In this document: positions 58,573 to 64,000 of the stretch, piece by piece
Layout of the letters: every line of letters starts with the position of its first letter
Numbering within the stretch: the first letter of the stretch is position 1
NCBI GenBank assembly: GCA_965261395.1
Contig: OZ253462.1
Location: forward strand, 1,280,001-1,344,000
DNA length: 64,000 bases
Reading direction: 5' to 3'
From: Candidatus Latescibacterota bacterium
GTDB taxonomy: Bacteria > Latescibacterota > UBA2968 > UBA8231
Notes under the pieces: generated by a model
Told to the model about the DNA's origin: nothing
The model's input: only the letters and a program-made list of their open reading frames with translations
Databases searched by the model: none
Position numbers and translations under genes: made by a program

Positions 58573-59163
58573 TTAGTTGACGGCTGGATCTTTGGGAAAC
58601 ACGGAGATGGGGCGATATTTGCCCCCCATGGAATGGAGCACTGTTTGCCACATGGTTTCGGGCGTGGGCGCGAGGATCAATTTGGGGTCGCCCGGGGCCA
58701 AAAACCAAGTGCCAGCACCAATCTCGGATTCGAGCTGGCCCGGCTCCCAGCCGGCATAGCCCAAGTAGAATCGCAGCCGCGGCACGTCGGACCGGAGCAC
58801 CTCGGCTTCGGCGTACTTAGTGTCGAGGTCGCCACCCAAATAGAGGCCGTCGAGGATTTTCGTGCCCCCTTCGACTAGGCCGTCGAGCCGGTGCAAAAAG
58901 AAAAGATAGCGCTGGTGTACTGGCCCGCCCTGATAGAATATCCGACCTAGCTCCGCACACGCATCTTCGCCGCCCGCGAGGTGTTGCAGAGACTCGGGTG
59001 CATAGCGCCGCACCCGCTCGCCGAGGGGCTGGTTGATCACCAAGCCCATAGTGATGTCGTCTTCGCTATAGTGGGTAATGAGCACGACCGTGCGGTCAAA
59101 GCCGAGCTCTTCGAGCGCGGGAGTAGCGACCAACAGGGTGCCGGTTTGGAGTGGTGCAGGCAT
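58573..59163 (-). CDS. YqgE/AlgH (DUF179) family protein
   Basis: LLVATP, GLVINQP, GGPV, RFYLGYAGWEPGQLESEI. Confidence 0.92.
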   Translation of the reverse strand: MPAPLQTGTLLVATPALEELGFDRTVVLITHYSEDDITMGLVINQPLGERVRRYAPESLQHLAGGEDACAELGRIFYQGGPVHQRYLFFLHRLDGLVEGGTKILDGLYLGGDLDTKYAEAEVLRSDVPRLRFYLGYAGWEPGQLESEIGAGTWFLAPGDPKLILAPTPETMWQTVLHSMGGKYRPISVFPKDPAVN

Positions 59164-59231
59164 GACAGGTATCAGATGTAGCGAGTGCTGCTATGGACGA
59201 TAATAAAGATCGCGTGGCGAGACAACCTCGC

Positions 59232-60395
59232 TCAAGAGTACGCCAAGTAGCGGCGGCGGATAGCGTCAAAGGCTTGGCACGCCTCGGCCCAAGCGGCCTG
59301 CAACTCGGCGACAGTCGCGCCCGCATCGAGTGCACGACGGATCTGGTCAGTACCAGCGAGGCGGTCAAAGTTGTGGATGCCACCGGCGGGCACGCGCCAA
59401 GCGAATTCGCTCGGATAGAGCCGACGCACGGCCGCGAGTGCCTCAAAGCCAGCGCCGACAGGCTCGAAGGCCGCGCGATCGAGGACGTGAACTTGGACGC
59501 CCTCGCAGGTCGCGCCCGCGTACTTGCTGGCCGTCGGCTGGAAAAACGTCGGGCGGAAGCCCACCCCAGGCAGCGCTCGGCTGTTGAGCGCGTCGGCTAG
59601 GCGCGCCCCGTCGATAAACGGCGCGCCAAACTGTTCAAAAGGCTTGGCCGTCCCCCGTCCTTCAGACACGTTGGTCCCCTCGAAGAAGCAGGTTCCCGGA
59701 TAGATCACCGCCGTCTCCGGGCTGGGCATGTTGGGCGACGGCGGCACCCACGGCAGGCCGGTGTCATCCCAGTAAAAGGAGCGTTGCCAGCCCTCCATGG
59801 CGACGATGTGCAGATCCGCGCCGATGCCGTATTCCTCGTTGAAGAGGCGGGCGAGTTCGCCGATGGTCAGGCCGTAGCGCACTGGGATCGGGTACTGCCC
59901 GACGAAAGAGGCAAACGCCGGGTCGAGACAATTTCCGCCGATGGCTTGGCCGCCAATGGGGTTGGGGCGGTCGAGGACGAGGAAGGGGATGCCCGCTTGG
60001 GCGCAGGCGGCCATGCTCAGGCTCATGGTGTAGAGATAGGTGTAAAAACGCGCGCCGACGTCTTGGATGTCAAAGAGCATCAGCTCGACGCCCGCGAGCA
60101 TGGCCGCGTCCGGTGCCCGCGCTTGGCCGTAGAGACTGTAGGTTGGTACGCCGGTGCGTTCATCGGTGGAATGGGCGATGTGCTCGCCGTCCTGCGCTGC
60201 GCCGCGAATCCCGTGCTCCGGCCCGTACAATGCGACGAGCGTACAGAGCTCGGATTGGTGCAAGCGGTCCGCAGTGGACTGCAGGCGGGCATCGACTCCT
60301 GAGTGATTGGTAATCAGGCCGACGCGTCGTCCGCGGATGCGGATCAGGTCAGCGTCCGCGAGCAGGCGTTCGCACCCGAGGACGACGCGACTCAT
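59232..60395 (-). CDS. DUF1343 / NamZ-like exo-beta-N-acetylmuramidase
   Basis: GLITNHSG, PEHGIRG, FDIQDVGARFYTY, LDRPNP, PPSPNMP, SEGRGT; start reassigned to ATG 60395 (ATGA overlap). Confidence 0.92.
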   Translation of the reverse strand: MSRVVLGCERLLADADLIRIRGRRVGLITNHSGVDARLQSTADRLHQSELCTLVALYGPEHGIRGAAQDGEHIAHSTDERTGVPTYSLYGQARAPDAAMLAGVELMLFDIQDVGARFYTYLYTMSLSMAACAQAGIPFLVLDRPNPIGGQAIGGNCLDPAFASFVGQYPIPVRYGLTIGELARLFNEEYGIGADLHIVAMEGWQRSFYWDDTGLPWVPPSPNMPSPETAVIYPGTCFFEGTNVSEGRGTAKPFEQFGAPFIDGARLADALNSRALPGVGFRPTFFQPTASKYAGATCEGVQVHVLDRAAFEPVGAGFEALAAVRRLYPSEFAWRVPAGGIHNFDRLAGTDQIRRALDAGATVAELQAAWAEACQAFDAIRRRYLAYS

Positions 60396-61432
60396 CGGGC
60401 TGCACCTGGCTCGGGCACGAGCGCGGAGGCGCGCTGGACGCGGCGAGCAAAATACTGGTAGAGAACGCTGCCTGGATAGACCCCGTCGCGTGCGACTGCT
60501 GCGCCGCGGATAGCTTGGCTCTGGCGGCGGCGGCGATAGATGTTGCGCGGATGCGCGAGGCACCAGAGCAAAGCGGCACAAGGGGCTGGGGCGCTGGACC
60601 ATCGACCTCGGCGGAGGTAGTAGAGCACGGCCAACACCTCCAACCACAGGCGCAAAGGCAGCAGCCACAGCAGGCGGCTTAGCCTTTCGTTTTTGCACAG
60701 CGTGATTAGACTGTTGCGGTGGTTGAAGTACGTCTTGCGGAAGGTGGCCGGGGGTTGGGAAAAGCCCGAGTGGTGAAAAACCACGGATTGCGGCACGGCG
60801 CGGATCTGGTAGCCAGCGAGTTGGAGACGCCAGCACAAGTCGATTTCCTCAAAGTGCATGAAGTACTCGGGGTCGAAAAATCCAACTTGGCGCACCGCGG
60901 AGACGCGGAGAAAGAGGGCTGCGCCGCAGGCCCAAAAGAGCGGTACGGACGCATCGTATTGCCCCTCGTCGCGCTCGCAGCGATCGAAGAGCCGCCCCCG
61001 ACAAAAGGCGTACCCCAAAGCGTCGATATAGCCACCGGCCCCGCCTCCGTAGTCGAAGTACTCGGGCGCGCTGGCCGAGCGCAGCTTGGGCTGACAGGCG
61101 GCGATCTGGGGGTTGCTATCGGCCATGGCGACGAGGGGGCCGAGCCAGTTCGGCTCGACGTGGGTGTCGTCGTTGAGCAGCACGGCGTAGCGGGTGTGGG
61201 CGGCCGCCAAGCCGCGATTGCAGGCTGCGGCAAACCCGAGATTGCGCTCGTTGCGCAAGATCGCTAGCTCGGGGAAGGCGGCTTTGGCCCGCTGCAAGCT
61301 CGGCGCGTTGCCGCCGTCGTCAACGACGAGTACACAGACGGGATAATCGCTGTGCGCATAAATCGAGGCCACGCAATCGTAGAGCACGTCTGCGCGGTAG
61401 TGCGGGATGACGACAGTGACGGCCTCGGTCAT
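60392..61432 (-). CDS. Glycosyltransferase family 2
   Basis: VVDDG, NLGFAAACNRG, LLNDD, GAALF, FMHFEEIDLCWR. Confidence 0.93.
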   Translation of the reverse strand: MTEAVTVVIPHYRADVLYDCVASIYAHSDYPVCVLVVDDGGNAPSLQRAKAAFPELAILRNERNLGFAAACNRGLAAAHTRYAVLLNDDTHVEPNWLGPLVAMADSNPQIAACQPKLRSASAPEYFDYGGGAGGYIDALGYAFCRGRLFDRCERDEGQYDASVPLFWACGAALFLRVSAVRQVGFFDPEYFMHFEEIDLCWRLQLAGYQIRAVPQSVVFHHSGFSQPPATFRKTYFNHRNSLITLCKNERLSRLLWLLPLRLWLEVLAVLYYLRRGRWSSAPAPCAALLWCLAHPRNIYRRRRQSQAIRGAAVARDGVYPGSVLYQYFARRVQRASALVPEPGAAR

Positions 61433-63999
61433 GGAGCGGCAGACTGGCGGAGGATGCGCTCGGCCTCGACCAACTCCGGCCGCTCGCCGTATTGCTCTTT
61501 GTACTGCTGGAGGATGGCCAATGCCCCGGGAACATCGCCCTTGGCCTGGCGGGCGGCAGCCAACTCGTAGTAGCCCTCCCAGCGGGCCGGAGCGAGGGCG
61601 ATGGCTTGGTGATAGAGACCTTCGGCGCGATCGTAGGCCGAGTAGGGTTCTTGGATCATCACCCCGATCAGTGCGATGATATTGTCGTAGGTGGCGGCCG
61701 GCTCAACGCCCACGCGCTCGATGAGGAACCGAGCGGCCTCGTAAATGTGCTCGGTCGCTACCTCGTGCTGGCCGAGCTCAGTGAAGTAATCGGCCGCCGC
61801 ATAGTGGTTTTCCCAGCTCAGGTAGATATTGTCCCGCGCCCACTGCATCAGTTGCGGCACCTCGGCTCTGCGTCCCTGCTCCTCGTAGCTGCGGGACAAT
61901 TGCAAGACGCAAGCCCAGTAGTTGCCCAAGAGGCGCTCGGAATTTTCGTCCTTGTACAAGGACGGGTCATTGAGGCCGCGGAAGCGATATTTCTCAAGGA
62001 GATTGTGCTCTAGGGCCTCGTCATCTACTCCATCTGTAGGCTCGGGCGAGACTTTTACGCTCATGCCGACCATCGTCAAATAGGGGTCGAGGTTGAGCAG
62101 GTTGCTGGTGGGAACGGTGATGGCAAAGTGGATGGGCTTTTTCCACTCGTTCCAGGCCAGAATTTTGATGACCATGACGTCTTGGACGCGGAGGATCGGG
62201 TACTCGGGATGAGCGCTCACTTCTACGTCAATGCCCAGTTTCTTTAGCTCCGGCGGCACCTTGGGCTCGGGCCAGTATCGTTTGTAGAAATCGACCATCT
62301 GCGTGTCGGTGAGCACGGAGTCGATGAAGTCATCGGTGTAGCGGATGTCGATGCGCGGCTCGCGGTCGCGCAGTTGCTTGATGTACCAGCCGGTGTTCAA
62401 CAAACTCAAGTTGACCACCCGCACATCGCGACGCACCCCTTCTACCTCCTGCAAGAACCACAGCGGAAAGGTGTCGTTGTCCCCATTGGTGAACAGGATG
62501 GAGCCTTCCTCGCAGCTAGTCAGCATGTTGTGCGCGTAGTCATAGGCGATAAAGTCGCCCGTGCGGTCTTCCACGTGATAGAGCCGCGCCGCCACCCCGG
62601 CCGGCAGCAACAACCCGGCCGCTGCCACTGCTATCACGACCGCCCGATGCCGCCCCCACTGCTGCCGCACCGCCTCGACCACGCCCAACCAGCCCAACCC
62701 GATCCACAGCGCGAACGCCAAGTACATTCCCCCAAATACGTAGTGCCGCTCGCGCGGCTGCGGGTCTGGCATGTTCAGGTAGAGCGACAGCCCAAACCCC
62801 ATAATCAAAAACAGTAGCAACACCCCCCCGAACCGCCGCCAGTCCCGCCGCCCGTGCCAAAACAGCCCCCACAGCCCCAGCCCGTACGGTACCAGCGAAA
62901 TGGACACCGGATCCGGCACGTTTATGGTGGCCTTGCGGAACACCTCGACCCGCTCCAAAAGCGGAAAGGGAAACTGCTGAAAGAAGTACTTCATCTGCTG
63001 ATCCCAGAACTGATAGGCGCGGCTCGCCCGCGCCGTCAGCATGGTCGTCAGCATACTCTCAGTGCCGTATTGCTCGCGGTTGAGGAACTTGAGGAACGCC
63101 GCCCAAGTCTCTGGATCGTTCTCGTCGATGGCCGGATTCAAGCCGGAGCGAATGTACAACGCACCATACGTGGAATAGCCCAACCCGAACAGCACGAGGA
63201 CGCCTAGCAGCAAAACGAACAGCCGCCGGTCGCGGCCGTACAGGTACGCCAGCACCCCCGCCAGCCCCAGCCCCAGCACCCCGTTCGAGCCAGCCCCCGG
63301 CCCCAATGCCACCAGCCCCAGCCCACTGACCACGCCCCAGCCGACTAGCAGCACGATCAGCCGTTGCAACTGGCGGTCGGCAAACCACGCCAGCAGCATA
63401 AGCGATGGAATCGTCAACAGACACAACAGGTGCACGCCGCCGCCGAGGCCGAATAAATAGGCCAGCGCCAATAGCCAGCGGTCGTTGGCCGCCCCAGCGC
63501 CGCTGCCTTCCCAGTAGAGAATCAGCCACAGCCCCAGACACGTAAACAAGATGGAGTAGCCGTACACCTCGGCTTCGGAGGCATTGTACCACTGGGTGTA
63601 GGAGAACGCCAACGTCAGCGCGGCCACGGCCCCACCGGCGAGGACGCCGATGTCGCGGGCGTCGCCTAGCGGTTGCAGGGGCTGGCCGCCCAAGGCCCGC
63701 CGCCCCAGCGCAACAGTCGATAGATAGACGCACCAAATAGCCAGCGCGGAGGTCAGCGCGGACATGAAGTTGACGCGGATGGCGACTTCGCCGATGGGGA
63801 ACAAGGTGAAGACCCGCCCCAACAGCACGTACAAAGAAGCGCCCGGAGGATGGGGCACGCCGAGGATATAGGACGTGGCGATGAACTCGCCGCAGTCCCA
63901 AAACGACACAGTTGGCGCGAGAGTCTTCACGTACACGCCCAACGTCAGCACGAAAATCCCCACCCCGAAAACCCGGTGGACTACAGCGGAATTAGGCAT
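61429..63999 (-). CDS. DUF2723 (TMEM260-like, putative protein O-mannosyltransferase) membrane protein with C-terminal TPR
   Basis: APTVSFWDCGEF..GVPHPPG, EAEVY, LNREQY, RERHY, FTNGDNDTFPLW, VVNLSLL. Confidence 0.9.
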   Translation of the reverse strand: MPNSAVVHRVFGVGIFVLTLGVYVKTLAPTVSFWDCGEFIATSYILGVPHPPGASLYVLLGRVFTLFPIGEVAIRVNFMSALTSALAIWCVYLSTVALGRRALGGQPLQPLGDARDIGVLAGGAVAALTLAFSYTQWYNASEAEVYGYSILFTCLGLWLILYWEGSGAGAANDRWLLALAYLFGLGGGVHLLCLLTIPSLMLLAWFADRQLQRLIVLLVGWGVVSGLGLVALGPGAGSNGVLGLGLAGVLAYLYGRDRRLFVLLLGVLVLFGLGYSTYGALYIRSGLNPAIDENDPETWAAFLKFLNREQYGTESMLTTMLTARASRAYQFWDQQMKYFFQQFPFPLLERVEVFRKATINVPDPVSISLVPYGLGLWGLFWHGRRDWRRFGGVLLLFLIMGFGLSLYLNMPDPQPRERHYVFGGMYLAFALWIGLGWLGVVEAVRQQWGRHRAVVIAVAAAGLLLPAGVAARLYHVEDRTGDFIAYDYAHNMLTSCEEGSILFTNGDNDTFPLWFLQEVEGVRRDVRVVNLSLLNTGWYIKQLRDREPRIDIRYTDDFIDSVLTDTQMVDFYKRYWPEPKVPPELKKLGIDVEVSAHPEYPILRVQDVMVIKILAWNEWKKPIHFAITVPTSNLLNLDPYLTMVGMSVKVSPEPTDGVDDEALEHNLLEKYRFRGLNDPSLYKDENSERLLGNYWACVLQLSRSYEEQGRRAEVPQLMQWARDNIYLSWENHYAAADYFTELGQHEVATEHIYEAARFLIERVGVEPAATYDNIIALIGVMIQEPYSAYDRAEGLYHQAIALAPARWEGYYELAAARQAKGDVPGALAILQQYKEQYGERPELVEAERILRQSAAP

Positions 64000-64000
64000 T

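Noticed and set aside
59232-60836. Long N-terminal extensions in ORF track (also 21956, 41790, 46094, 50006 starts)
   Set aside because: They overlap neighbouring genes or attC sites; downstream starts with RBS, signal peptide or ATGA coupling fit better
1-64000. CRISPR array or cas genes
   Set aside because: No regularly spaced repeat-spacer units or Cas motifs seen

Overview
GC-rich bacterial genomic window. The gene content (TAVExxSWGxLK-tailed protein, many FlgD-Ig/CHU_C-tailed secreted proteins, PhyH dioxygenases, DUF6785-type transporter) suggests Ca. Latescibacterota, which is inference only. Three main parts. (1) 1-22.8 kb plus 41.9-48.3 kb: at least seven paralogues of an uncharacterised secreted protein family (signal peptide, discoidin/F5-8C-like domain(s), conserved core, NPFTPNGDGVND FlgD-Ig tail). 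Two are near-identical tandem copies whose differences cluster in discrete loop patches. These two lie in a co-oriented cluster with a PPIase, TPR proteins, a CRTAC1/FG-GAP protein, a probable outer-membrane protein and a GT-C/TPR glycosyltransferase; this is the best candidate for an undescribed diversified surface-receptor system. (2) 23-33.5 kb: transport and catabolic genes, plus a yhcG/DUF1016 gene carrying perfect in-frame DNA palindromes. (3) 33.5-54.6 kb: an accessory region with TA modules, pseudogenes, three IS5-family elements and an integrase-less integron cassette array (attI-like site, three attC sites, GHKL-ATPase/nuclease first cassette) downstream of tRNA-Val(GAC). The last 9 kb is housekeeping and cell-envelope genes. 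All calls come from reading motifs by eye; no searches were run.
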